The notes beneath the pieces are model-generated. The model searched no databases. It was not told where the DNA came from and saw only the letters and a list, made by a program, of their open reading frames with translations. A program made the translations under genes and the position numbers. A DNA stretch of 64,000 bases from Escherichia phage Ptacy1496. Position 1 is the first letter of the stretch; every line of letters starts with the position of its first letter. Below are positions 20,707 through 30,714 of the stretch, piece by piece. The stretch lies in sequence record PQ863253.1; one strand, given 5' to 3'.

Positions 20707-20889
20707 TTATCCTCGGCAATCTACTTCACATACTTTCTTGTCATCAATGAAAGCTTTAACTAATGCTTTATTAACTTCAGCATATTGAGTAGTAGCCCAT
20801 TGAACGTCATCTTTCATCATTGTGATTTCTTTAGTAAACATACTTTCATTCTTAAACCACCCCATAAAAACTACCTTTACCAGTTCCAT
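20707..20889 (-). CDS. dmd: Dmd, discriminator of mRNA degradation (RnlA/LsoA antitoxin)
   Basis: 60 aa as in T4 Dmd, immediately downstream of gene 41. Confidence 0.75.
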   Translation of the reverse strand: MELVKVVFMGWFKNESMFTKEITMMKDDVQWATTQYAEVNKALVKAFIDDKKVCEVDCRG

Positions 20890-20947
20890 AACAATCTCCT
20901 CATTTAACCAACAAGACTACTATACCATAGTCTTGTCAGCTTGTAAA

Positions 20948-22375
20948 CTAAAATTTTAATTCATTTGCCAAAGCATCTAACTGAGCTCGAGCTGATTCAT
21001 TTCTTTGATAGCGATTCTGTTCAGCCTGAATCTGTTGTGAACCTGCTACTTCACTCACTTCGGTTGGAGTAGAATCTTGTTCAATTTCTACCCATTTTTG
21101 ATTTCCTTTTTGAACACCCATCAAAAACTTATTCCACTTATTCTTATCACCATATCGTGATTTGATTTGCTTAATAAGTTGTTGTTCAGCAGCTGCTAGC
21201 TCCTCGGTTTCAATGACCGCAAGCATAAAATCAGCTGTTGCTGGAAGACCAGCAGATTCTGCGATATCACTCATGTTAACATCAGAAGAGTCCCAAGCTT
21301 GTTTACCGACCTGTGCTGCAGTCCAAAGAACAGTTTCGGTTTCAACAGCCAGAGCACGCAATTCCTCTGCAATAGCTTTAACAGTTGTGTAACTATTTTC
21401 TGAATAAACTCTAATGCGACAAGATTTACAAATACCTAGATAGTCGACAATAATGATTGTTGGAACAAAATTCTTCTTGAGCTTCAATTCGTTTAAAAGT
21501 GATCGAAATGTATTAGCATCTGCCCCACCAGTAGGGTACTGTTTAACGATTAAACGACCAAGAGTAGATTTCTCACGCCATTTTTCCATTTTTCCTTTAT
21601 ACTCAGCGTAAGAAATATGCCCATCATCAATGTCATCAAGAGAAACATCGAGCATATTAGCGTCAATACGTTTAGCACAGACTTCTTCTGCCATTTCCAT
21701 GGAAATGTAAAGAACATTATGTCCAAGCTGCAAATAATCTGCTGCCAATGAACACAGACCTAATGACTTACCAACGTTAACGCCAGCCATTAAAACGTTC
21801 AGTGTTCCAGTCTCAGCTCCACCTTTAGTAATTTTGTTCAGAATTCTGAGTTTAAATGGAACCTTACGAGCTTTATTCATATAAGATAGCCAACGTGCTT
21901 CGTAGTCATCCATCCAATCATGACCAACGTAACTATCAAATGAAATTGATAATGCCTGGCGCATGATGTCAGGAATAGCACCAACATCCGGCATTTTCTT
22001 ATTTCGTTTTTCCGGAGGAAGCTCAGCATTAGTTTGAATTTCGATTATTTTAGACGTAGCATTAAACATCGCCCTTTGCTGAACATATTTTTCTGTTTCT
22101 TTTATTAACCAACTGTGGTCTTCCGGAGAATCAGCTAGTTTTGAAATAAGTGTTTTTACACCAGAATATTCTGTTTCAGTAAATGAACTATTTTCTAATG
22201 CAACATTTAACGCATTAATAGATGGAACGCTATGATACTCATTAACATGAGATTTAATTAATTTGAATGTATTTTTAGCTGGACCACTTTCAAAATATTC
22301 TGAATCCATATATGGCCAAACTTTTGAAAAATAAGCTTGATCAAATATGAGATGAGAAAGAATAATTTCTACCAC
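20948..22375 (-). CDS. 41: replicative DNA helicase gp41 (DnaB-like)
   Basis: 475 aa as in T4 gp41; Walker A GVNVGKS. Confidence 0.95.
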   Translation of the reverse strand: MVEIILSHLIFDQAYFSKVWPYMDSEYFESGPAKNTFKLIKSHVNEYHSVPSINALNVALENSSFTETEYSGVKTLISKLADSPEDHSWLIKETEKYVQQRAMFNATSKIIEIQTNAELPPEKRNKKMPDVGAIPDIMRQALSISFDSYVGHDWMDDYEARWLSYMNKARKVPFKLRILNKITKGGAETGTLNVLMAGVNVGKSLGLCSLAADYLQLGHNVLYISMEMAEEVCAKRIDANMLDVSLDDIDDGHISYAEYKGKMEKWREKSTLGRLIVKQYPTGGADANTFRSLLNELKLKKNFVPTIIIVDYLGICKSCRIRVYSENSYTTVKAIAEELRALAVETETVLWTAAQVGKQAWDSSDVNMSDIAESAGLPATADFMLAVIETEELAAAEQQLIKQIKSRYGDKNKWNKFLMGVQKGNQKWVEIEQDSTPTEVSEVAGSQQIQAEQNRYQRNESARAQLDALANELKF

Positions 22376-22384
22376 ACTTACTCC

Positions 22385-22747
22385 TTAAAAGAATTTAAAT
22401 TTTTTCTTTGACCTTTTATTAAATGCATCTTGCAGTTGCATTGTAATACATTTTTCTACATGAGGAGCTAACTCAGCTTTTCTTTCTTGGTCAAGAACAG
22501 CAAAGTCCATTACGACTTTTCCATCAACCCAATCTAATTTTGTCACATACACAATGTGTGTAGAACCGTCTTCTAGTTTAATGACAATCTCCTGGATAAC
22601 ATTTTCCATGGCAGATTTAATTATCTTAAGAGATTCATTAAAAAGACGTTCTTTTCTTTCTTCTTCCCCCTCCGAAGAGGGGGATTCATCGATAATTTCT
22701 AGATCTAAGTCTAAATCATCTTTATTCATTAAATTCTTCCATATCAC
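22385..22747 (-). CDS. hypothetical protein (gene 40 position)
   Basis: 120 aa ORF between uvsX and 41. Confidence 0.5.
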   Translation of the reverse strand: MIWKNLMNKDDLDLDLEIIDESPSSEGEEERKERLFNESLKIIKSAMENVIQEIVIKLEDGSTHIVYVTKLDWVDGKVVMDFAVLDQERKAELAPHVEKCITMQLQDAFNKRSKKKFKFF

Positions 22748-23903
22748 TTAACTGATCTAGGTCAGTTTCTAAATCAGCTGCTGATTTACTTTTACTTTCT
22801 GGAGATTTAAATTTTTCAACCTTTGAGTTAATCAATTCATCAACTTCAGCTTCAACAATTTCATTACTATCAATAGCACCTAACTGATAAGCACGTTTAA
22901 TAGCATCTCGGAATGGTTGATGCTTAAATAAAGGACCCCAGAATGTAGTGCAATTGGTATCTTTTGCACGCCAAGATTTTTCTTCGCGAATCATCTCGCC
23001 GGTTTCTTCATCAAGAAATTCACGAGCATACCAGCCATTTTTAGGTTTTACTACAAATCCTAATTCTAGAGCCATATCTAACAATCCAGAATAAGGATCG
23101 ATACCACCGTCAAATTTAACATCAATAAAGAATTTACTTTTTTCTTTAACGGTACGAGATTTTTCTACATTTAGAACAAATTGATACCCTTGAAGATCAG
23201 AACCATCTTTAATCTGACGCTTACCGATAATGAATACGGTATCAGCCGAATACATTACGCCTGTACCACCTGTCATCACGGTTTTACTAAACATTTCAAT
23301 TGTTTCAATTGTATGGTTAACCGCAACACATGGAATATTTTTAATGCTAAAGTAAGGAGTAACAATACGGAATAATGACTTCAGTGATTTAGCACGAGTC
23401 ATATCTGCCACAGATTTTTCATTCAAGGCATCTTCCGTTTCTTTCTTAGAAGCCATATTACCAATTGAGTCGATGAATACTATAACCTTTTCACCACGCT
23501 CAATAGCTTCAAGCTGATTCACCATATCAATTTTCAGCTGTTCAACTGATTGAATTGGCGTATGAATTACACGTTCCGGGTCAACTCCCATGGATCGCAA
23601 ATAAGCTGGAGTAATACCAAATTCGCTATCATAGAATAGACAAACTGCGTCAGGATATTTGTTCAAATATGCCGCAACCATAGTCAAAGACATATTTGAT
23701 TTAAAGTGTTTAGAAGGCCCTGCGAAAATAGTTAAACCAGACTGCATACCGCCATCAATCGCACCAGAAATAGCAATATTAAGCATTGGGATTTTTGTAC
23801 GGATTACATCCTTTTCATTAAAGAATTTAGATGTAGTCAGTTCAGCAGTCATTTTAGAAGTGGAAGCTTTAATCAAACGGGATTTTAAATCTGCAATAGA
23901 CAT
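22722..23903 (-). CDS. uvsX: UvsX recombinase (RecA-like)
   Basis: 393 aa; N-terminus and P-loop region match recalled T4 UvsX. Confidence 0.95.
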   Translation of the reverse strand: MSIADLKSRLIKASTSKMTAELTTSKFFNEKDVIRTKIPMLNIAISGAIDGGMQSGLTIFAGPSKHFKSNMSLTMVAAYLNKYPDAVCLFYDSEFGITPAYLRSMGVDPERVIHTPIQSVEQLKIDMVNQLEAIERGEKVIVFIDSIGNMASKKETEDALNEKSVADMTRAKSLKSLFRIVTPYFSIKNIPCVAVNHTIETIEMFSKTVMTGGTGVMYSADTVFIIGKRQIKDGSDLQGYQFVLNVEKSRTVKEKSKFFIDVKFDGGIDPYSGLLDMALELGFVVKPKNGWYAREFLDEETGEMIREEKSWRAKDTNCTTFWGPLFKHQPFRDAIKRAYQLGAIDSNEIVEAEVDELINSKVEKFKSPESKSKSAADLETDLDQLSDMEEFNE

Positions 23904-23956
23904 TCATTTTTTCCATAGGCATCATTATATTTTCCTCACTGGTTAAAGATAGAGTA

Positions 23957-23982
23957 ATTATAACACAATAAATTTAGGCATT
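23957..23982 (-). promoter_or_regulatory. candidate middle promoter (imperfect MotA box AATGCCTAA, 11 nt, TATAAT)
   Basis: about 55 nt upstream of uvsX ATG. Confidence 0.3.
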
Positions 23983-24829
23983 AATCAACTGCTATTGGAT
24001 GAATAGCATTAAACTTATGAAATGCTTCTGATTTTTCTTTACGAGAAACACACATGCGAAGAACCTTTAATGGCTCGTCTTCTTCACCCAACGATTTTCG
24101 TTTTTCAATATTAGAAGTTTTCCAACGAGCTTGCTCTGGAAACTCTCTATTGATTTGCTCAAGCGCTCTATTATGTTTAGAATTACTACGAATTGAACTG
24201 CACCCGCCAGGAGCTTGTGCTTTTCCAGATACAACCAGATATTTGAACAAGGCCAAATGCGGATAACCTTGATTAATTAAATTGAGAAATGCATACATAT
24301 CTTCGCATAAATCAATTTTTCCATACCCAATTTGTTCTGTCGTAAGTTTTCCGAGATCATACCATGTATTCGTGAATCCATATGAATTTTCACGATAATT
24401 ACCCCAAGATGAAGTAATTTTAAAAATAGGTAGACGAGCATGGCCATGATAATACCCACAATCCATGGCATCCTCAACATATTGAATCAATTCATAGAAC
24501 TGTTCACGAGTCAATTGATTGACTTTATCCACACAACGACGATCATCTCTTTTTCGCATTGAACTCATACGAATAGTAGTATCATCGTCAATCATCCAGA
24601 TTCGTTGACCTGCATACATATCAGTAATTGCTTTACGAGTACCAGCAATTCCATTTACATCATCAGGAATAGTTATAATTTTAGCTCTAGACCCATAGGC
24701 ATCATAATAAGCTTTTTCTTCGTGTTCACGCACTACAATATGGGGTTCATAATCAGTCGGAAACATATCAAGGGCAGAAACTGCCCCAACACGCTGATAA
24801 CTTGGAATTACGAATTGAATCATTTCCAC
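23981..24829 (-). CDS. GT-A-fold glycosyltransferase at the beta-gt locus (likely DNA hmC-glucose modifying)
   Basis: 282 aa; VIPSYQR and MIDDD (DxD) motifs; sits between uvsX and gene 42 where T4 has 351-aa beta-gt. Confidence 0.55.
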   Translation of the reverse strand: MEMIQFVIPSYQRVGAVSALDMFPTDYEPHIVVREHEEKAYYDAYGSRAKIITIPDDVNGIAGTRKAITDMYAGQRIWMIDDDTTIRMSSMRKRDDRRCVDKVNQLTREQFYELIQYVEDAMDCGYYHGHARLPIFKITSSWGNYRENSYGFTNTWYDLGKLTTEQIGYGKIDLCEDMYAFLNLINQGYPHLALFKYLVVSGKAQAPGGCSSIRSNSKHNRALEQINREFPEQARWKTSNIEKRKSLGEEDEPLKVLRMCVSRKEKSEAFHKFNAIHPIAVD

Positions 24830-25560
24830 TCACCGTTATAATCTTTTTTCACAATATGAGTTTCGCCAGTATTCCACCAATGATCAACCAAGTAAAAATG
24901 ACGAGAATATACATGAAGACTTCCAACATTCCATATAATAGAACCTGCTTTATACTGACGAGTTGAATCGCCTGCATTCAAATCAGATACTAATTTATCT
25001 AATACGTATTTTTGCCATGCATAATCATTACGGAATCCGAAGACCACGTCATTTGAGCGCATGTTAACAACCGCATTGATTTTCTTGTCACGAATCAGAT
25101 ACTGTACGGTATTCGTACACATGAAATCTGACATGCCATCTTTATTGTAGTCAAATTGCATGGATGGACGAGTATAAATCATGATACCACGTCGAGAATC
25201 AGGATTTTGACCAAGTTCAGCTAAACACATATCATATTGAGCATAGTTATCTTCTGACCAGATAGCCCAACCATAATTCGAGTTAATTTCACCTTTAGAA
25301 GATGCTACTTGTTGCCAAATCTTCGGTGTTTCACCCGGAATATCTTTAACGAACAAGCTCTTAGATTTATACCATTCAAGTTCACGCTGAATGTATTCAT
25401 CATTAAGAGCGCCAAAAATAAACGGTTCATCTGCTATAAATGATGCGCCAATAATTTCAATAGTTTTAACGCCAGTTTTATCAACTACGAAATCTTTTTC
25501 TTTTAATGCAAGCCCCAAATGAAGACGGATTTCTTCAACTGTCATAGAGTCACTAATCAT
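24820..25560 (-). CDS. 42: dCMP hydroxymethylase gp42
   Basis: 246 aa; thymidylate-synthase-like; matches recalled T4 gp42. Confidence 0.9.
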   Translation of the reverse strand: MISDSMTVEEIRLHLGLALKEKDFVVDKTGVKTIEIIGASFIADEPFIFGALNDEYIQRELEWYKSKSLFVKDIPGETPKIWQQVASSKGEINSNYGWAIWSEDNYAQYDMCLAELGQNPDSRRGIMIYTRPSMQFDYNKDGMSDFMCTNTVQYLIRDKKINAVVNMRSNDVVFGFRNDYAWQKYVLDKLVSDLNAGDSTRQYKAGSIIWNVGSLHVYSRHFYLVDHWWNTGETHIVKKDYNGEWK

Positions 25561-25713
25561 TTAAACCTCAATTGATACATTCATATTTAACTTGTAACAG
25601 TAATAAACCCCAACCTAAAATAATAGTTGGAATCATAAGAGGAACCGTTACACTATAGTATATACTTATTATAACCATCAAGATTAAAAGCAACACTGCT
25701 ATAATTTTGCTTT

Positions 25714-25965
25714 TCATTCTTTCTCTCTGATGATAATTACCTGATTTGGATGTGCAGACTTTTTGGTTTCACCCGCAATTGACCAAATGAATGTAATAAA
25801 CCAACCAATAATTGACCAATTAAACAGTAAAGATGTGAAAAAGATTCCTACTGTCGATTTTGACCCACGCATCAAGGCGATAAACCATGGAAGCATGTAT
25901 ATAATAATAGCCAACACACCTGAAACTAAAACCATAAAAATTGAACCTGCTACTAAAGTTTCCAT
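25714..25965 (-). CDS. imm: immunity protein Imm (superinfection exclusion)
   Basis: 83 aa membrane protein as in T4 Imm. Confidence 0.8.
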   Translation of the reverse strand: METLVAGSIFMVLVSGVLAIIIYMLPWFIALMRGSKSTVGIFFTSLLFNWSIIGWFITFIWSIAGETKKSAHPNQVIIIREKE

Positions 25966-25972
25966 GTTTTCC

Positions 25973-26353
25973 TCACTTAGTCAAATTTTTTACACATGAA
26001 TTATAAGAATTCACTACATACTCCATCGGAGCATTTTTACCAGTACGCCATTGGTAATTATTAGCCCAATTAGCCCAAAGCTCGGCGCAGTAGTTTTCAA
26101 TTTTTTCTTCGCGTGTAATTACATCCGAATTACGATATGCTTGAGCAGATTCATCTGGACGAATAGCTTCGTCAAAATTCGCCTGCATTTGTTCGACTGT
26201 TTGCTTTGGAGCTTCTTTATAACACTTGACATTAGGATTATAAAACTTGCTTGAACAGTTTACAATTTTTCCTGCATCAGACTGATTTACTACCGGTCCT
26301 TGATCTACACAACCAGTAAGACCTAATGCAATAACCAAAATAGTGATTTTCAT
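25973..26353 (-). CDS. putative lipoprotein (imm.1 position)
   Basis: 126 aa; signal peptide with lipobox LTGC. Confidence 0.55.
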   Translation of the reverse strand: MKITILVIALGLTGCVDQGPVVNQSDAGKIVNCSSKFYNPNVKCYKEAPKQTVEQMQANFDEAIRPDESAQAYRNSDVITREEKIENYCAELWANWANNYQWRTGKNAPMEYVVNSYNSCVKNLTK

Positions 26354-26365
26354 AATAATTTCCTC

Positions 26366-26632
26366 TTAAAACTTAACAAATAACTTTAAAGCATCTTCAG
26401 TTTTAATTCCTTTTCTTACACCCATAACAGAAATTGGCTGTGACTGAAATTTTCCTTTACCATTATAAATTTCTAATCCAGTCACCATTCCATTTTGTTC
26501 TATAATACCGTAAGTGTTACCTTCATTTTCAAATTCTTTAACTTTAAAAAGTTTATTCGCTTTTTCTGCGTTAACAACTTTTAAATTTTGAATAAAATTA
26601 GTTTGAATATTTTTCATTTTGTGTTCCTCCAT
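26366..26632 (-). CDS. hypothetical protein
   Basis: 88 aa ORF directly downstream of early promoter cassette. Confidence 0.45.
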   Translation of the reverse strand: MEEHKMKNIQTNFIQNLKVVNAEKANKLFKVKEFENEGNTYGIIEQNGMVTGLEIYNGKGKFQSQPISVMGVRKGIKTEDALKLFVKF

Positions 26633-26677
26633 AGTTGATAGTTGTATAGTACCACAGAGGAACGGTCTTGTAAACAG
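26613..26677. repeat. 65-bp promoter/5'UTR cassette, copy 1
   Basis: near-identical (1 mismatch) to 51560..51622. Confidence 0.85.
26646..26675 (-). promoter_or_regulatory. phage early promoter (TACTAT -10)
   Basis: plus strand ATAGTA-18nt-GTAAAC. Confidence 0.6.
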
Positions 26678-26752
26678 TTTTGTGAAAAAATTTTTAATGA
26701 ATCCAAAAGGTCCAGAATCATCTGTTTTTATTTATATTACTTGTATGAAAAA

Positions 26753-26768
26753 GGGACCCGGAGGTCCC
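26753..26768 (-). terminator. intrinsic terminator GGGACC-uccg-GGUCCC plus U-run
   Basis: hairpin followed by TTTTTC on minus strand, just after gene 43 stop. Confidence 0.7.
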
Positions 26769-26781
26769 CAGATTTATTCTA

Positions 26782-29478
26782 TCAGCCAAACAGGAAGTCT
26801 AACGAAGCTTTTTCTTCATAGTCCATACCAGCCGATTCACACATACCCGCAAGCGGTTTAACAAACGATTTTTGGAACAAAGTTGAGTAGTCAATCCAAG
26901 ACAGTACGTCAGAACGAATTTCTTTTGGAAGTTCTGTGCCCGACGGCCAAGCAATACACTTGTCACCAAATGGATTTCCTTCACGTAATGGAAGAACCAT
27001 TACCTTATTTCCATCCAAAATTGGAGCTACACCTAAACCGCTAACAGCTCGACGATAAGTTAGCACACCACGAATATGGAACGGGCATTTAAATCCTGGC
27101 CAACCTTTATCATCATATTTCGCTATATCGTTCGCAGTTTTTACTTCAGCAATAACTTTATAGTCAAGTTGACGATATTCTTTCTCGAAGTTCTTGTAAT
27201 ATTCTTGGACAGACTCTTCACCTTCCTGAAGAATACGACGAATACTTTCTTCAAGAGCTTCTTGGACCGCTTTAGGCGTTGAACTTTGCTGAGTTTCCAT
27301 ACCCATGATTTTTAGATGCGGTTCAGCAAATCGCTTATCTTCCATATCATAAACATTCAGAGCATAACGCTTTTTCGCTTTCCAAAATCCACCAACGCCC
27401 TTTGAACCAAGCGGAGGGCAAGAAATAGCTTCACGGTCCATATGCATCAGATGCTCGCGGTTATTCATATAATCACATAACTCACGATATGCAACATCAA
27501 TCATAGGTTCCATCTTTTTCTTACCGAACTGATTCATAAATTCAACTAAATCGTTCTGCTCTTTGAATCGGTCAAGACCAACTTTTTCAATAACTTTATC
27601 TACACAAACATATACCGAATCAGTATCACCTGCTGCAATGAAATCTTCACCATTAGTTCCGCATACTTTATTCAGATATTCATTAATTTTACGAGCAATC
27701 CACTGAATACCGACTTGGCCAAAAATTGTGATAGCAGTAGCATTTCGCAAATCATAGTAACGGAAATGAATATTACCAAGAGCACCATAAAGACTGTTAA
27801 TGAGAATTTTACGGTTCAGCTGATTTGTGTTAGCAAGTGTAGCAGCTTTTTCACATTCCTCAATCAGACTATTGAGAACAGATTCAGTATAATTCGATAG
27901 CTCATTTAAGAAATCATCACTGAACTTAACATATCGTTCAACTTCTGGTTTAGTTGAACAGGACCCTGCGCCTTTCATAATAATCTTTTTAATAGCTTCG
28001 GCATTCATTTCTTCAGCGAACATTTTCTTTTTCCAATCTTTACGCTGGAAAAATACTTTAGCGATTTCCTTTGGAATGATACCTTCTTGATGCTTATCAT
28101 ACATCCATCCATTCGGAGAACAAGAATATTCATCACTTGGTTTAGGAGCTGTTCCTGCGATATATTCATGAATTGGATGAACTTTAAACTGTCCACGAAT
28201 AGTCTCAGGACTAATGTTAACCTGACGAATAATGCTCGGATACAGAGACGTCAAGTCAAAACTCATAATATATCGACGAGCAATTGGTTTAGGTTCAAAC
28301 ACAAATGCACCCGGAAAACTCTGTTTAACGTGCGAACCTTGTTGAGGAATAACCTTATGTTCACCTTTCAATGAGTTAAAAATAATAGCATCCCAAGTTT
28401 TAATAGGACTCATTACACCAGAAAAAGGCATTTTAGCGTAATAAGACATACTTAAAACTAGATCGATAAACCCGCGAATTTTATCAATTGCTTGAACTGA
28501 TTCTACGTCAATGATGTTATAACTAATGTATCGTTGATGATTAGTCTCACGAAGTTTATTAATAGGACCGTCGTATGGTAATTTACCTTTTTTGGTTTCA
28601 TGTTGAGCAACTGATTCCAAAGAGAATGACGGCAAATTAGTAAAAGCGAATTTCTTGTACAAATCTAAATAATCAAGAATAGATACGCCATCAATAGAAT
28701 AAATTTCTTTGCTACCGTACATATTTTGAATTAGTTTAGATTTTACTCGACCGATTGGAGAGAAACGTTTCATACTGCGTTCGCCCAGAATCATTTTAAC
28801 ACGATTCATGATATACGGAACGTCAAATCCCTCAATATTCCAACCAGTAAAAATAGCAGGTCGTTTCTGTTCCCAGAGATTGATATATTCCATGAGCATA
28901 TCACGCTCATTATCGAATGGCATATAAATTACTCGGTCAAGAATTTCTTGAGGAACTTCATCACCACCTTCACAGTCAAGCTTAGCAGCTAACTTTGCAT
29001 CCCATTTTGATACTGAACCGTACATTGAATTCAAAAGGTCGAAAACATAAAAACGATCGTCAATTGAATCGTAATGAGTGATAGCATCAATTTCATATTC
29101 AGCTTTCATTGGGTCAGGAAATTTATCACCAGTAACCTCAATGTCACAGTTAGCTACACGAACAAATTTTCGGTCATAAACAATTTCTGAACCATATGTA
29201 TCACTGATATAAGCGAGTTTAAAATCGTTCATACCGAGAGCTTCAAGACCGATGTCTTCCATTCGCTTCATCCAATCTCGAGCATCTTTCATTGATGGAA
29301 ATTTTTGAGGAGCACAGTTTTTACCATAGATGTCTTTGTATTTTGACTCTTCCTTACAATGCCTAAACATAGTCGGAAGATATTCTACTTCACGGGTACG
29401 TTCCTTTCCATTTTCATCAATATAACGTTCAACAATGTTATTTCCGACTGTTTCAATAGAGATATAAAATTCTTTCAT
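26782..29478 (-). CDS. 43: DNA polymerase gp43 (family B)
   Basis: 898 aa as in T4 gp43; exonuclease and polymerase motifs. Confidence 0.97.
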   Translation of the reverse strand: MKEFYISIETVGNNIVERYIDENGKERTREVEYLPTMFRHCKEESKYKDIYGKNCAPQKFPSMKDARDWMKRMEDIGLEALGMNDFKLAYISDTYGSEIVYDRKFVRVANCDIEVTGDKFPDPMKAEYEIDAITHYDSIDDRFYVFDLLNSMYGSVSKWDAKLAAKLDCEGGDEVPQEILDRVIYMPFDNERDMLMEYINLWEQKRPAIFTGWNIEGFDVPYIMNRVKMILGERSMKRFSPIGRVKSKLIQNMYGSKEIYSIDGVSILDYLDLYKKFAFTNLPSFSLESVAQHETKKGKLPYDGPINKLRETNHQRYISYNIIDVESVQAIDKIRGFIDLVLSMSYYAKMPFSGVMSPIKTWDAIIFNSLKGEHKVIPQQGSHVKQSFPGAFVFEPKPIARRYIMSFDLTSLYPSIIRQVNISPETIRGQFKVHPIHEYIAGTAPKPSDEYSCSPNGWMYDKHQEGIIPKEIAKVFFQRKDWKKKMFAEEMNAEAIKKIIMKGAGSCSTKPEVERYVKFSDDFLNELSNYTESVLNSLIEECEKAATLANTNQLNRKILINSLYGALGNIHFRYYDLRNATAITIFGQVGIQWIARKINEYLNKVCGTNGEDFIAAGDTDSVYVCVDKVIEKVGLDRFKEQNDLVEFMNQFGKKKMEPMIDVAYRELCDYMNNREHLMHMDREAISCPPLGSKGVGGFWKAKKRYALNVYDMEDKRFAEPHLKIMGMETQQSSTPKAVQEALEESIRRILQEGEESVQEYYKNFEKEYRQLDYKVIAEVKTANDIAKYDDKGWPGFKCPFHIRGVLTYRRAVSGLGVAPILDGNKVMVLPLREGNPFGDKCIAWPSGTELPKEIRSDVLSWIDYSTLFQKSFVKPLAGMCESAGMDYEEKASLDFLFG

Positions 29479-29496
29479 AGATATTCCTTAGTTTAT

Positions 29497-29514
29497 AGCC
29501 CGAGTTATTAGGCT
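29497..29514 (-). promoter_or_regulatory. gene 43 translational operator hairpin
   Basis: minus strand AGCC-uaauaacuc-GGGCU upstream of Shine-Dalgarno; matches recalled T4 gp43 autoregulatory operator. Confidence 0.55.
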
Positions 29515-29538
29515 CTTGATATATTATACTCCAAATAA

Positions 29539-29552
29539 GGGGCCGAAGCCCC
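29539..29552 (-). terminator. hairpin GGGGC-uucg-GCCCC
   Basis: between regA-proximal ORF and gene 43 leader. Confidence 0.55.
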
Positions 29553-29556
29553 TTGC

Positions 29557-29775
29557 TTAAATTAGTACTATTTGCCGGGTGAAAATTGTCAATCCATCTG
29601 CATTAATTGACTTAACGACTGCAGTAAAATGTTTTTGTTCTGGGTGAACTAATTTTTGAAATTCTACCTGAAATTTTAATTGGAGGTTTTCTGGTAAATC
29701 AAAAAGTGTTTCTGTTGCAGAAAGATTATATTTTTCTTTAAGAGACGCCATGTATTCTTGCGGAGTTATAGCAGT
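29557..29775 (-). CDS. hypothetical small protein
   Basis: ORF track 29557..29820; start moved to ATG that abuts regA stop. Confidence 0.35.
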   Translation of the reverse strand, partial: TAITPQEYMASLKEKYNLSATETLFDLPENLQLKFQVEFQKLVHPEQKHFTAVVKSINADGLTIFTRQIVLI

Positions 29776-29779
29776 CATA

Positions 29780-30148
29780 TTAATTACCAATCGTATATTT
29801 AGGAACGAGTTTCCATTCATGTTTTTGTTTAAAAGAAATAACTCGGAAGTTATTAGTTAAATCTTTCATAAAAGTTCTTTGACCAGGAACGATTTCAATC
29901 AGTCCCCAATCTTCTAACAACCATGCAATCGAATCACGACGAACTTCATCTTCTTCTGTCATTTCAACTTGGCGACCATCCATACGAAGCATTTCTTTAA
30001 AATGAACGATATAGTATAGTCCTTTTTTCTGAAGAATATGACAGGACTGATACAGAACTTTATCTTTATTATTAGCAATTCCCATACGAGTCAAAGTTTC
30101 TTTTACTTTCAGAAAATCTTCAGGTTTTTTAAGAGTAATTTCAATCAT
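29780..30148 (-). CDS. regA: translational repressor RegA
   Basis: 122 aa as in T4 RegA. Confidence 0.9.
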   Translation of the reverse strand: MIEITLKKPEDFLKVKETLTRMGIANNKDKVLYQSCHILQKKGLYYIVHFKEMLRMDGRQVEMTEEDEVRRDSIAWLLEDWGLIEIVPGQRTFMKDLTNNFRVISFKQKHEWKLVPKYTIGN

Positions 30149-30149
30149 T

Positions 30150-30713
30150 TTACCATTCCAATGCTAGTTTTTTGAGTTGTTTCTGTTCTTTTACGTTCTT
30201 AGTCACTTCTTTCAAAAAATCATCCGTGACTAAACCTTTTAGTTCTTTTAATACTAAAGGAAGTTTTCCATTTTTAGTAAGAATTGATTTATAGTTAATT
30301 GCATCATTTGTATTAACTTGATACCGTTTAGCAAGTAACTTAATAATCAATACTTCGGTGGAATCTTCAACCAGTTTTGCCCATTTACCATATCTTTTAC
30401 CACGAGGAACTGTAGCCATTAGATAATTAAAATGAGCTTCATCACTTAAGCCTGATCCAATTAAATTCATAGCATATACAGCTGGCATGCACTCTGGAAA
30501 TTGTGATAATGCATTTTCGACCATGAATTTTGAATAATCTTTTTGAGCAATAGAGCATTTAGTTTTATTATTGATAGCTCCAATTATTTCAAAAAATTCA
30601 TTTTCAGCTTTTTCTTTAAAAGAATCAGCAGCGGATTGGACAGCTGTCCAATCTTTTGAATACCAAGCAACTTGATGCTCGTTTAATTGAATATCATCTT
30701 CAAATAAGCTCAT
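30150..30713 (-). CDS. 62: clamp loader small subunit gp62
   Basis: 187 aa from [14 protein letters not shown]...; start abuts gp44 stop. Confidence 0.85.
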   Translation of the reverse strand: MSLFEDDIQLNEHQVAWYSKDWTAVQSAADSFKEKAENEFFEIIGAINNKTKCSIAQKDYSKFMVENALSQFPECMPAVYAMNLIGSGLSDEAHFNYLMATVPRGKRYGKWAKLVEDSTEVLIIKLLAKRYQVNTNDAINYKSILTKNGKLPLVLKELKGLVTDDFLKEVTKNVKEQKQLKKLALEW

Positions 30714-30714
30714 A

